Shown in pieces: positions 9,994-19,487 of a stretch of 64,000 nt of DNA. Where the stretch lies: the IMG/VR virus record IMGVR_UViG_3300042484_001802, one strand, 5' to 3'. The notes under the pieces were generated by a model. It was given only the letters and a program-made list of their open reading frames with translations. It was not told where the DNA came from and made no database searches. The DNA is from a virus. Position 1 is the stretch's first letter. Every line of letters starts with the position of its first letter. The position numbers and the translations under genes were made by a program.

Positions 9994-10734
9994 ATGAACA
10001 ATATTGGGTTTGGTATATTCTGTTTTGGTGAAAATTATTATTACAAGGGAACTATTGAGAAAATGGATAAAATTCTTAGTAGTGGTTATTCATGTTATAT
10101 TTTAACAGATACCCCCGATTATTTCACAAAGAGAGAAAATTTAACAATATTAACTTATCATAGAGAATTTAAATCTTATTATGATAAGATGTTGATACCC
10201 AAGACAATATTAAAAGAAAAAGACATCTGCATCTTGCTTGATGCCGACATATATGTAAAAGATTATTCATTTTTAGAGGAATTAAAAACGTATAATTTTT
10301 TACCGGGAATTACATATGCTGAAACCCTAGAAAGACATCCAGGAAGAAACAAAACAGTTAACGATATTGGAATGACTGATAGGGAATGGACATCATATAA
10401 GTTATATGCTGAAAAGATTAGCCCAAACTTTAAAAATTTCAACACAATATGGGAATACATATTGATAATCAATAAGATAGGATTCCAACAAGAAAGATTT
10501 TACAAAGTTTATGAGAAATTACAAATAGCAAAAGAGTTCTCTGATTTAGAATTGAACAAAGAAGTTAATGGTGCTGGCGAAGGTGTGTCAATATCAATCG
10601 CAGCACAATTATCTGGTTGTGACATTCAATTAGACCCTAAGTTATTTGAAATAGTAAAAGATAAAATGGTTAGTATATCTCGAAGATTTACAAACCCAGA
10701 GTTTTTACCAGATTTTATGAAAGATGATATCTAA
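9994..10734 (+). CDS. Putative GT-A fold glycosyltransferase
   Basis: YILTD...CILLDADIY (DxD motif); first gene of the enzyme block. Confidence 0.5.
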   Translation: MNNIGFGIFCFGENYYYKGTIEKMDKILSSGYSCYILTDTPDYFTKRENLTILTYHREFKSYYDKMLIPKTILKEKDICILLDADIYVKDYSFLEELKTYNFLPGITYAETLERHPGRNKTVNDIGMTDREWTSYKLYAEKISPNFKNFNTIWEYILIINKIGFQQERFYKVYEKLQIAKEFSDLELNKEVNGAGEGVSISIAAQLSGCDIQLDPKLFEIVKDKMVSISRRFTNPEFLPDFMKDDI

Positions 10735-11452
10735 TTCCGACTATATTAAACAATATATTACTAACAACGATGATGTCGCAGTACCTTATCGTTGGACTCA
10801 TGGTGCCACTGATTTACATTTAGGCGACGGTATTGTTGTTTACTCATTAATACAGCATATGAGGGCTAAGAATTGCGTTTGTATTGGTTCTGGTGGTGGG
10901 TTTATACCTAGAATAATCACACAAGCTAGACATGATTTATATAAAGAAGGTATTTTTGAGGGTGATGATAATTTAAGTTGGGGTGATATTGGTGTTACTT
11001 ACGTTGTTGATGCCTGTAATGGCATTGGTGGACCAAATGACCTAGAAAATGAAGAATCCTTCTACAGGAAACACTTTCATCCACGTTTTATTAAGGACAC
11101 ATCTGAAAACGCCTTTTATAATTTTTTTATTCTTCAGGATATCAAAATAGATTTCTTGTTTATTGACGGTGACCATTCATATGAAGGTGTAAAAAAAGAT
11201 TTTGACCTTTATTCCACAATATTATCTGAAAAAGGTGTGATAGTTATTCACGACACTGATGAAAAATACGAAGAATCATTAATAATTTCAGAAGACGCAA
11301 AAAAAGATCATTTCCCCTTTGATGGTCCAGCTAAATTAGTTAAAGAATTACAAAATAATTCCGCCTGGAACTTGATTAATCTACATAATTTTCGTATATT
11401 ACCTACAAAACCGGCATCAACTGGGATTACAATTATTAACAGAAAATTATGA
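10724..11452 (+). CDS. Class I SAM-dependent methyltransferase (Methyltransf_24-like)
   Basis: CIGSGGG; IDFLFIDGDHSYEGVKKDF...GVIVIHD. Confidence 0.8.
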   Translation: MISNSDYIKQYITNNDDVAVPYRWTHGATDLHLGDGIVVYSLIQHMRAKNCVCIGSGGGFIPRIITQARHDLYKEGIFEGDDNLSWGDIGVTYVVDACNGIGGPNDLENEESFYRKHFHPRFIKDTSENAFYNFFILQDIKIDFLFIDGDHSYEGVKKDFDLYSTILSEKGVIVIHDTDEKYEESLIISEDAKKDHFPFDGPAKLVKELQNNSAWNLINLHNFRILPTKPASTGITIINRKL

Positions 11453-12300
11453 TTCGATTAGTTACAGTTATTGGGCATGGAGTCAAACTGCTACCGCATT
11501 TCATTAAACATTATCAAAAACATGTTGATGAAATTAATATTGTTGTCTATGAAACAGAAAACAATAGATTAATTGGTAATGAAGTTAAAGAAATTATTGA
11601 TGGCTACGAAAAGGTTAATATCGTTAAAGTTGTCAAGGATCGTGTTTTTGATTGGGAAAAGGTCACCTATCTATACAATAAAACAAAAAACAAACATCCA
11701 AATGATTGGTGGGTTATTGCAGATATAGATGAGTTTCATTTATATCCAAACGATGATTTAAAGATGTTAATAACAAATTGTAACAAATATGGTTGGGATT
11801 TAGTCAGAGGTGGCTTTATAGATAGAATTGGTCCTGATGGTGAGTTTGTTGAATTGAAAGATGATGAATCCATATGGGAACAATATCCAAACGCAGGGTT
11901 TTTTAGATATCCAATGAGTAATGCTAATCCTAATAAGATTTGTGTTATGAAAGGGTATGTTGAATTAACAAGCGGGCAACACTACGCCAAGTTAGATGGT
12001 TTTACAACATGGAAGTGGCAAGGATGGAATCATCCCCTAATATATGATTCTGGTTACGTACAAGTCCATCATTTTAAATGGGATAAAACATCAATTGATA
12101 GAATTAAGGATGTTGCAAATGTTAAGCAAGCATATGCATACTCTGACGAATATCAAGTGATGTATGATAAACTAAGAAAGAGTAAATTTAAGATAGATTT
12201 AAATAAATCAGAATTTATGTTTGAATTGGGGCTTAAAACACCAGAATATAAAACATATAGAAACTGGAATAAACTAATAAAAAAAATAAAAACAATATGA
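11449..12300 (+). CDS. Glycosyltransferase, GT2-like (Glyco_tranf_2_4 type)
   Basis: LLPHFIKHY...DWWVIADIDEF...HHFKW. Confidence 0.7.
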   Translation: MIRLVTVIGHGVKLLPHFIKHYQKHVDEINIVVYETENNRLIGNEVKEIIDGYEKVNIVKVVKDRVFDWEKVTYLYNKTKNKHPNDWWVIADIDEFHLYPNDDLKMLITNCNKYGWDLVRGGFIDRIGPDGEFVELKDDESIWEQYPNAGFFRYPMSNANPNKICVMKGYVELTSGQHYAKLDGFTTWKWQGWNHPLIYDSGYVQVHHFKWDKTSIDRIKDVANVKQAYAYSDEYQVMYDKLRKSKFKIDLNKSEFMFELGLKTPEYKTYRNWNKLIKKIKTI

Positions 12301-12512
12301 GCAAAGAAGTAACACTTAAAGACGAAAAACTTGAGGCACAACTTTTAGAACAAAGAAAAGTTAAATCCTTAGAAAAAATTGCAGCGTCATTAGACGCATT
12401 AGCCATTTGGTTTGAAGAAATCGATAAGGAAGATTGGAGCAGTAGAATACAATATTATTTATCTGAATTCCATGATGTTGTAAAACCGAAAGACCCAACC
12501 ATAAATGGTTAA
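12297..12512 (+). CDS. Small hypothetical protein
   Basis: 71 aa ORF overlapping both neighbours; predicted helical. Confidence 0.55.
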   Translation: MSKEVTLKDEKLEAQLLEQRKVKSLEKIAASLDALAIWFEEIDKEDWSSRIQYYLSEFHDVVKPKDPTING

Positions 12513-13902
12513 AAAATTAGGTATCATAGTACCCTATAGAGATAGGGAAAAGCATTTGGAAGAATTTAAAAAAAGGATGTCTAGGTATTTTAAAAACTTA
12601 GACATTCCTTATGAAATTATAATTGTTCACCAAGATAATGCTAAACTTTTTAATAGAGGCATGCTTTTAAACATTGGGTTTAAGCATGCTGAAAATTTAA
12701 AATGTGACTATGTTGTTTTTCATGATGTTGACATGTTACCATTACATGTTGATTATAGTTACTCTGATGTTCCATTACATTTAGTGACCAATTTTAGTGA
12801 AATAAAAAAGGTTAAAGCCAAGGAAATCTTTGATGAATATTTTGGTGGTGTAACTTTATTTCCAATGGACTTATTCAATAAAGTTAACGGGTTTTCTAAC
12901 AAATATTGGGGTTGGGGTTACGAAGACACAGATTTATTATTACGTTGCATTAAAAAAAATATACCATTAGATTCTGTTAAATTAACTAATTCAAGACCTA
13001 AAGGTAAATCTTTAAAATTTAACGGTGTAAATGCGTATATTAAAGGTAAAAATAATATAGATTTAAATAAACCTCAAACAATTTTCGTCTCTTTTTATCC
13101 TGATAAAATAATGTTTGACCATACTAAGGTTGTTGATGATTATAACATTTTTACAATACCTGGATATGATACCGCTTTTAGTTACAATTCATTTTTAAGA
13201 TACAACTTCTGCACTTTTAATCAAAAACATGATGCGTTATATGTTAATTCAAAGATAAAAACGAATTATAAAACCAACATGTGTGTCACTATTGATACAA
13301 ATAAAATTTGTGTTTACCAAGATGGTATTTTAATAGATAAAATTGGGAATTCAGAAAAATTGTTAAAATACAAAAATGAAAAGTTTTTTTATTTGGGTTC
13401 AAGTAAACCAGATAGCGATGAACCAAAATTTTTCAAAGGATATATCGATGCGTTTGCAATAATTCCAGAAGTATTATCTGATGAAGATGTTTTTAATTTA
13501 TCACAAAATTCAGCATACTTTTTAAACAAGGTTTGTGATTCCTTATCAATATATTATGACGCTAATTTTATTGAAAACTATAAATTAACTGATTTATCGG
13601 GAAATGATAATGATGGTGAAATTGTAAATTGTAATATTGTTGATTTGGACATTGAAGAATATAAAATAGTTAAAATACCACATAGAAGAGATTGTACTTT
13701 TTATTTACTGGATCACGAAGAAAATGGTTTTTTAAATAATAGATGGAAAACAGATGCAACAAGGTGGAATCAATTAAGATTTCATAATGAAGTTTCAAAG
13801 AATGATAAACTATTGGAAAATGATGGTTTATCTGATTTAAAATATACAAAACACGGCATAAAAGTCGTAGATAATATAACACACATTAACGTTGGAATAT
13901 GA
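12505..13902 (+). CDS. GT7 (beta-1,4-galactosyltransferase family) with an inserted LamG-like domain
   Basis: IIVPYRDR, FNRGMLLNIG, FHDVD, YFGGV, GFSNKYWGWGYED. The C-terminal DGLSDLKY...THINV follows a ~210 aa beta-rich insert. Confidence 0.85.
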   Translation: MVKKLGIIVPYRDREKHLEEFKKRMSRYFKNLDIPYEIIIVHQDNAKLFNRGMLLNIGFKHAENLKCDYVVFHDVDMLPLHVDYSYSDVPLHLVTNFSEIKKVKAKEIFDEYFGGVTLFPMDLFNKVNGFSNKYWGWGYEDTDLLLRCIKKNIPLDSVKLTNSRPKGKSLKFNGVNAYIKGKNNIDLNKPQTIFVSFYPDKIMFDHTKVVDDYNIFTIPGYDTAFSYNSFLRYNFCTFNQKHDALYVNSKIKTNYKTNMCVTIDTNKICVYQDGILIDKIGNSEKLLKYKNEKFFYLGSSKPDSDEPKFFKGYIDAFAIIPEVLSDEDVFNLSQNSAYFLNKVCDSLSIYYDANFIENYKLTDLSGNDNDGEIVNCNIVDLDIEEYKIVKIPHRRDCTFYLLDHEENGFLNNRWKTDATRWNQLRFHNEVSKNDKLLENDGLSDLKYTKHGIKVVDNITHINVGI

Positions 13903-15329
13903 ACCATAAATTAGGTATTTGTGTACCCTATAGAAATAGAAAAGAACACCTTGATAGATTAATCCCACATTTATCTAAACATTTAGATTCCCAAGGAATT
14001 GATTATAAATTTTATGTTGCACATCAAGTAGATGACAAACTTTTTAACAGAGGTGCAATGAAAAATATTGCAGCTAAACACGCATTAGAAGATGGTTGTG
14101 ATTATATTGCTTGGCACGACGTGGATATGTTGACGTTTGAAGATAGTGATTATTCATATCCAGAAGAAACTCCGATTCATATTGCAACTATGTTGTCAAA
14201 ATACAATTATGGTATAAACTATGATCAATACTTTGGCGGAGTAGTGTTGTTTAATAAAGAACATTTAGAAAAAACAAATGGGTACTCAAACGACTATTGG
14301 GATTGGGGTATGGAAGACGATGATTTGTTTTGGAGATGTTATTATGAAAATTATACAACAGGAAAAATAAAACGTTCATATACCAATAAACAATACGCGG
14401 AATTTAATGGCGTTACATCTAAAATAGAAATACCAAGTACTAGGGAATTAGTTAATTTATTACATAATGACCACACAATTTCTATTTTATTTAATGCGGA
14501 ACAACAACAAGAAAAGGTTCCAATTTGGATGATTGGTGATGAACAAAAACGCTTCATTGAATACCCCATATTTAGAAAAACCGGAGGGTATAATTACGGT
14601 TTATCTTTTAATAATTCTAGGGCAGTTACAATGTGTTTGTTTAACGAAAGAAGACAAACAATCTACAATTGGCTGAAAAGATTTGAAAACATGTGGACGT
14701 GGGTTACACTAACATATAATAAAGAAGAGGAACGAATATTCTTTTATCTAAATGATGAATTTGGTCGGAATATGAATGGAATCAAAGAAGACGCTTATTT
14801 CCCAGCGTTTGGTAAACTTCTTAGGTACAATACAACAACTCCATTTTATTTAGGACACGATTCAGACATGAACACATTCTTTAAGGGTAAAATAGCCGAA
14901 ATTAAGATATATGACAAGTTTTTTCCACACGTTGATATCGGTCAAGTGTTTGATACTGAGAAAGATGGGTTAATTTTACATCACGATTTCTCAAATAGAG
15001 AAAATAATGTTATATTTGATAATGTGGATGCTCACGAATGTATTGGAACCGATATTGTTTATGGTTCAGAGGATGTTGATGTGATTGAAAACGTAGTACC
15101 ATTTAGACGAGAGGGTAAATTTTATTGTTTACCACACGTAGATGAAGGGTTTGTTGGTGGAAGATGGGCTAAGGGTGAAACCACAGCTAAAAACGAAAAA
15201 AGATTTGTTACAGAAATGCAACAGAAAAAAATAAATTACAAAGACGATGGGTTGTCAACATTAAAATATGAATTGGTTAGCGTTGAAAACTATAGTAACA
15301 AATGTGTAATGATAAACACAAAATTATAA
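13899..15329 (+). CDS. GT7 with an inserted LamG-like domain (paralogue)
   Basis: VPYRNR, FNRGAMKN, WHDVD, YFGGV, GYSNDYWDWGMEDDD; insert FNG...FFKGKIAEIKIYD; C-terminal DGLSTLKY. Confidence 0.85.
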   Translation: MNHKLGICVPYRNRKEHLDRLIPHLSKHLDSQGIDYKFYVAHQVDDKLFNRGAMKNIAAKHALEDGCDYIAWHDVDMLTFEDSDYSYPEETPIHIATMLSKYNYGINYDQYFGGVVLFNKEHLEKTNGYSNDYWDWGMEDDDLFWRCYYENYTTGKIKRSYTNKQYAEFNGVTSKIEIPSTRELVNLLHNDHTISILFNAEQQQEKVPIWMIGDEQKRFIEYPIFRKTGGYNYGLSFNNSRAVTMCLFNERRQTIYNWLKRFENMWTWVTLTYNKEEERIFFYLNDEFGRNMNGIKEDAYFPAFGKLLRYNTTTPFYLGHDSDMNTFFKGKIAEIKIYDKFFPHVDIGQVFDTEKDGLILHHDFSNRENNVIFDNVDAHECIGTDIVYGSEDVDVIENVVPFRREGKFYCLPHVDEGFVGGRWAKGETTAKNEKRFVTEMQQKKINYKDDGLSTLKYELVSVENYSNKCVMINTKL

Positions 15330-15330
15330 A

Positions 15331-16746
15331 ATGGCGAAGAAAAAAATTAATAAGGGTGAGAATCCTTTATATGTTGACACAAAAGACAAACTAGATAAAA
15401 TAGGTCCGGGTATGTGTTTGGCAAAATGGACACAAGTTACGATACATTTACAAAATGGTCATAACCACTCTTGCCATCACCCTACGACTCATAAAATATC
15501 TGATAAGGAAATTATTAGAAATCCATCAGCTCTACATAATACTCGATATAAGAAAGAGAAAAGAAGAGAAATGTTGGAGGGTAAAAGACCTGAAGAATGT
15601 GATTATTGCTGGAGTGTAGAAGATAACTCTGATAGTTTCTCTGATCGTGTTTTCAAGTCAAGTGAGAAATGGTCTTTACCACACTATGATGCAATTGCAA
15701 ATTCTGACTGGAGAGATGACATCAACCCAAAGTATGTTGAGGTAGCATTTTCCAATGCGTGTAACTTTAAATGTTCATATTGTGCACCACAGTTCTCGTC
15801 ACAATGGACGGCTGAAATTGAAAAATTTGGTGGTTACAAAACAAGCACAAAGTTTAATGATCCAGAGCACATGTTAAGGGAAAACACCAAACCGTTCTTA
15901 CATACGGATAGTAATCCATACGTTGATGCTTTTTGGAAATGGTGGCCGGATTTATATCGTGACTTATATACGTTTAGAATCACTGGAGGAGAACCGCTAT
16001 TATCAAAAGATACTTGGGGTGTTTTAGATTATATCATAGAACAAAAAGAACCAAATAGAGAATTGAATTTAGCTATTAATTCAAATCTAGGTGTGCCAGA
16101 CAAACTGATAGATGAATTTATTGAAAAAATATCAAGAATTACCGAAGAAAATCGTGTAAAAGAATTTGTTATTTTCACATCATGCGATGCCTGGGGAGAA
16201 CAAGCTGAGTACATTAGAAATGGTTTAGTGTTTAATAGGTTTTGGGATAATGTGAATAAAATACTTAGTAAGTGTCCTAGAGTAACTTTAACGTTCATGG
16301 TGACATATAATGCGTTATCAGTGTTCTCATTTAATAAATTAATTAAAGGGGTATACGATTTAAAAAACGAATATGGCTCCAAGCAAAGATATTGGGATTC
16401 CGCAGTTTTCTTGGACACATCATACCTAAGATATCCATTTCATCAAGCAGTTCAAGTGTTACCATATCAATTTTCTAATAATGTTTTAGAACAAGCAATT
16501 AATGCTGAGTTCTTAGGTACATTGGAATTTACAAATAACTATATTGGTTACACTGATATTGAAATTCAAAAATTAAAAAGGATATATGATTGGATGATAT
16601 CACCACAAGATGCAAATAAACAAATGGCGAATAGAAAAGATTTTCACACGTTTTTCACTGAACACGATAGAAGACGTGGAACCGATTTCCTTAAAACCTT
16701 TCCAGAACTAGAAGAGTTCTATAACTTTTGTGGAACCATAAAATAA
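15331..16746 (+). CDS. Radical SAM protein with N-terminal twitch/SPASM-like Cys cluster
   Basis: CNFKCSYC, ITGGEP; N-terminal CLAKW...SCHH...ECDYC. Confidence 0.9.
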   Translation: MAKKKINKGENPLYVDTKDKLDKIGPGMCLAKWTQVTIHLQNGHNHSCHHPTTHKISDKEIIRNPSALHNTRYKKEKRREMLEGKRPEECDYCWSVEDNSDSFSDRVFKSSEKWSLPHYDAIANSDWRDDINPKYVEVAFSNACNFKCSYCAPQFSSQWTAEIEKFGGYKTSTKFNDPEHMLRENTKPFLHTDSNPYVDAFWKWWPDLYRDLYTFRITGGEPLLSKDTWGVLDYIIEQKEPNRELNLAINSNLGVPDKLIDEFIEKISRITEENRVKEFVIFTSCDAWGEQAEYIRNGLVFNRFWDNVNKILSKCPRVTLTFMVTYNALSVFSFNKLIKGVYDLKNEYGSKQRYWDSAVFLDTSYLRYPFHQAVQVLPYQFSNNVLEQAINAEFLGTLEFTNNYIGYTDIEIQKLKRIYDWMISPQDANKQMANRKDFHTFFTEHDRRRGTDFLKTFPELEEFYNFCGTIK

Positions 16747-16751
16747 TAACT

Positions 16752-17486
16752 ATGAATTTAACAGTTAAACATAAGAAACCGTATTCAATTGTTCCATTAG
16801 ACAAATACAATATTTGTAAATACACTGCAAACCCTGTAATGAATGAAAAATCTTACACGTTATTTGTTGATGTTAAAATAAATAAAGATGAGTGTGATAA
16901 AGAAGCTGGAATAATTGTTAGACCAGGTATGCACGCTGGGTTTTTATTTGCACAACCTAATCTTCTAAAGTTTGGTTTCTGGTTTTTTAAAAATGATGAG
17001 CCAATTTATAAAGAGGTTTTCAAATTATTAACTGACGATGATTTTGATGAACATTTGTTTTGTGTAGCAACCGATGACGCAGATACAAAGATTATAAAAG
17101 TATACGTTAATAGCAATTTAATTGGTGAGATTGATTACAGTGAATATGATAGAAAACACAGCTACGTTGGTACACCTTATTATTTTGGTGTCGCTAATCC
17201 ATTCTTAGTTGCTAGACCTTTTGATTACTATGGTTCGTTTAATTATAGATTTGCTGGGTTATTGGATATGATTGTTGAGGATATCGAGGAATTAAAACAA
17301 ATTCATGAACACGTCACAGTACACCCAAGATTGGAGTACAACATATTCAAAGAAGATTACAAGTATAAACCAAATTTTGTTTTTTACTTTGATTTTGAAA
17401 ACCAAAGTAACTACAAGGTTTGGGATGTTTCAGAAAACAATAATTTTCTATGTAAGATTTTAGATAGAGACAATAATTTAATTTAA
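16752..17486 (+). CDS. Stand-alone LamG-like protein (likely start 16752)
   Basis: KVYVN, PYYFG, VFYFDFEN...KVWDVSENNN; resembles the GT7 inserts. Confidence 0.5.
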   Translation: MNLTVKHKKPYSIVPLDKYNICKYTANPVMNEKSYTLFVDVKINKDECDKEAGIIVRPGMHAGFLFAQPNLLKFGFWFFKNDEPIYKEVFKLLTDDDFDEHLFCVATDDADTKIIKVYVNSNLIGEIDYSEYDRKHSYVGTPYYFGVANPFLVARPFDYYGSFNYRFAGLLDMIVEDIEELKQIHEHVTVHPRLEYNIFKEDYKYKPNFVFYFDFENQSNYKVWDVSENNNFLCKILDRDNNLI

Positions 17487-17494
17487 CATATTTT

Positions 17495-18124
17495 ATGATT
17501 AAGAATTTAGAACAATACGAAATTGTTAAAGATCCACAATACACCAAAGAAGATTTGGTTAATTTTGAAACCTTAATTAGCGAACACTGGGAAGGTGGTA
17601 AGATTAGAGGACCAGTGCATTTATCTGACGGTAATGAAGAACCGTTAATTGAAATTTTTAAAAGAGTAAAAAAAACCGATTGGGTATTTTCAACTTGGCG
17701 CTCACACTACCACGCATTACTCAAAGGTATTTCTCCGGTTTGGTTAGAAGAAGAAATCTTGGCCGGTAAGTCAATTACCATCTGTAACATACCAGAAAGA
17801 TTCTACGCGTCAGCAATCGTTGGTGGAATACTACCAATTGCTTTAGGTGTTGCAAAAGGAATTAAAATGAGTGGTGGAGATGAAAAAGTGTGGTGTTGTA
17901 TTGGTGATATGACATTTGAAAGCGGATTATTCTATGAAGTACACAAATACGCTAGACGCTTTGATTTACCATTACATTTTATTGTTGAGGATAACGATAA
18001 ATCGACCAACACACCAACATTGGCTGCTTGGAAAGAAAAGCGTGAACTACCAGACGATGTAATATACTACAAATACGAATCAAAATACCCTCACTATGGA
18101 ACTGGAAAGTGGATTAACTTTTAA
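17495..18124 (+). CDS. Minimal TPP-dependent dehydrogenase E1 alpha-like subunit
   Basis: GPVHLSDGNE, FSTWRSHYHALLKG, SAIVGG, TPP motif IGDMTFESG...EDN; only 209 aa. Confidence 0.85.
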   Translation: MIKNLEQYEIVKDPQYTKEDLVNFETLISEHWEGGKIRGPVHLSDGNEEPLIEIFKRVKKTDWVFSTWRSHYHALLKGISPVWLEEEILAGKSITICNIPERFYASAIVGGILPIALGVAKGIKMSGGDEKVWCCIGDMTFESGLFYEVHKYARRFDLPLHFIVEDNDKSTNTPTLAAWKEKRELPDDVIYYKYESKYPHYGTGKWINF

Positions 18125-19487
18125 AATAGCTTACGACTATTGGAATCCAATTACAAATATGCCCTTCCCTAACGGATGGGCAAAATTTTTAAGAGAGGAT
18201 TTTATTGAGAACGGCAAACACAATCCACAACATCACTATTCATCTACACATAGCGAACTTAACAATCAGTTTAAGTATAGAAATAGAGAAGACGTTGGTG
18301 GAATTCACATCATAACCGAAAAATATGATGAGGATATCACCTATTTCTATTTACTAGAAGGTGTGGGATGTGATTTCCGCCTTTTCATGGACATTAGTCA
18401 GGATAATCGATATAGCACACTCCTTATTAAAAATATGAGCGCTAAGGCGCTTAAAATGGCTCAGGATGGACAGTTAAAAATTGTTATTAACTATTCACAC
18501 GAACCCATAGGTGATGATTTGTTATTTGACCTAATTGGTGAGTTTTGTTCTAAAAATGGAATACCAGAAAAAAATATTATGTTTTTCACTGGGTGTATGA
18601 ATATCAATCATTTGTGTCAACAAAGTTTATCAAAATATAAGTTTAAAGTTTACACGGATAATGTTGTTATGTCAACTTCTGGACAATCACTTAGGAATCT
18701 GATGGATGGTGGAAAACATAACGAATTAAACTATGAAACGACCTTAATAACGGAATCTGAAATTGAAACAGACGTTAGAGATAAACATTTTATTTGTTTA
18801 AATAGAAATAGCCATAAAGGACATCGATTAAATCTTGGATTGTTTGTTGAAAGTGAAAATCTATGGGATAAATTCTATATTAGTTTTTTAGAGGATCTTA
18901 AATCACATGATAGAATCCATAACACCACACACGGGTTTAGAAATATGGAGTTTAGAAATCAATTACTAGACGCATTACCTGATTTTATAAAAAAAACACC
19001 GTTAGAACTTGATACACAATCACTTAACGATGAACAAAGAATGTGTTTTAGTGTTGTGAGAGCGTATCGTAAAGATTTATATCTGAACAGTTACATTTAC
19101 GTGGTTACAGAAACCAAATTTGATAAACATATCTATTTTTCAGAGAAAATCTGTAATCCAATGATAGTTCTACAACCGTTCATTGTATTTGGTGCAGCAC
19201 ACTTCTTAAAATACCTTAAAAAACTTGGATTCAAAACATTTAGTCCGTTTATTGATGAGACATATGATGATGAAGAAAATGATGAAAAAAGATTGATATT
19301 ACTATGTAATTTAATCAAAAAATTAAGTAAATTGGGTAGGTTAGAAATACATGAATGGTATAACTCTATCAAGGACATATTAGTCCACAATAGAAACTTA
19401 CTTTATCAAATGTCGTTCAATAATAATTTCGAAAACAGGTTTATAGAAACTTTAAATTATGAAAAAAATATTAATAACAGGGTGTAA
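18096..19487 (+). CDS. Uncharacterised phage protein, putative GT-B/GT10-like glycosyltransferase (paralogue 1)
   Basis: FICLNR..HR, VVTET...FSEK..NP..QPFIVFG...LGFKTF.PFIDETYD; shared with 24874 and 35928. Confidence 0.5.
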   Translation: MELESGLTFKIAYDYWNPITNMPFPNGWAKFLREDFIENGKHNPQHHYSSTHSELNNQFKYRNREDVGGIHIITEKYDEDITYFYLLEGVGCDFRLFMDISQDNRYSTLLIKNMSAKALKMAQDGQLKIVINYSHEPIGDDLLFDLIGEFCSKNGIPEKNIMFFTGCMNINHLCQQSLSKYKFKVYTDNVVMSTSGQSLRNLMDGGKHNELNYETTLITESEIETDVRDKHFICLNRNSHKGHRLNLGLFVESENLWDKFYISFLEDLKSHDRIHNTTHGFRNMEFRNQLLDALPDFIKKTPLELDTQSLNDEQRMCFSVVRAYRKDLYLNSYIYVVTETKFDKHIYFSEKICNPMIVLQPFIVFGAAHFLKYLKKLGFKTFSPFIDETYDDEENDEKRLILLCNLIKKLSKLGRLEIHEWYNSIKDILVHNRNLLYQMSFNNNFENRFIETLNYEKNINNRV

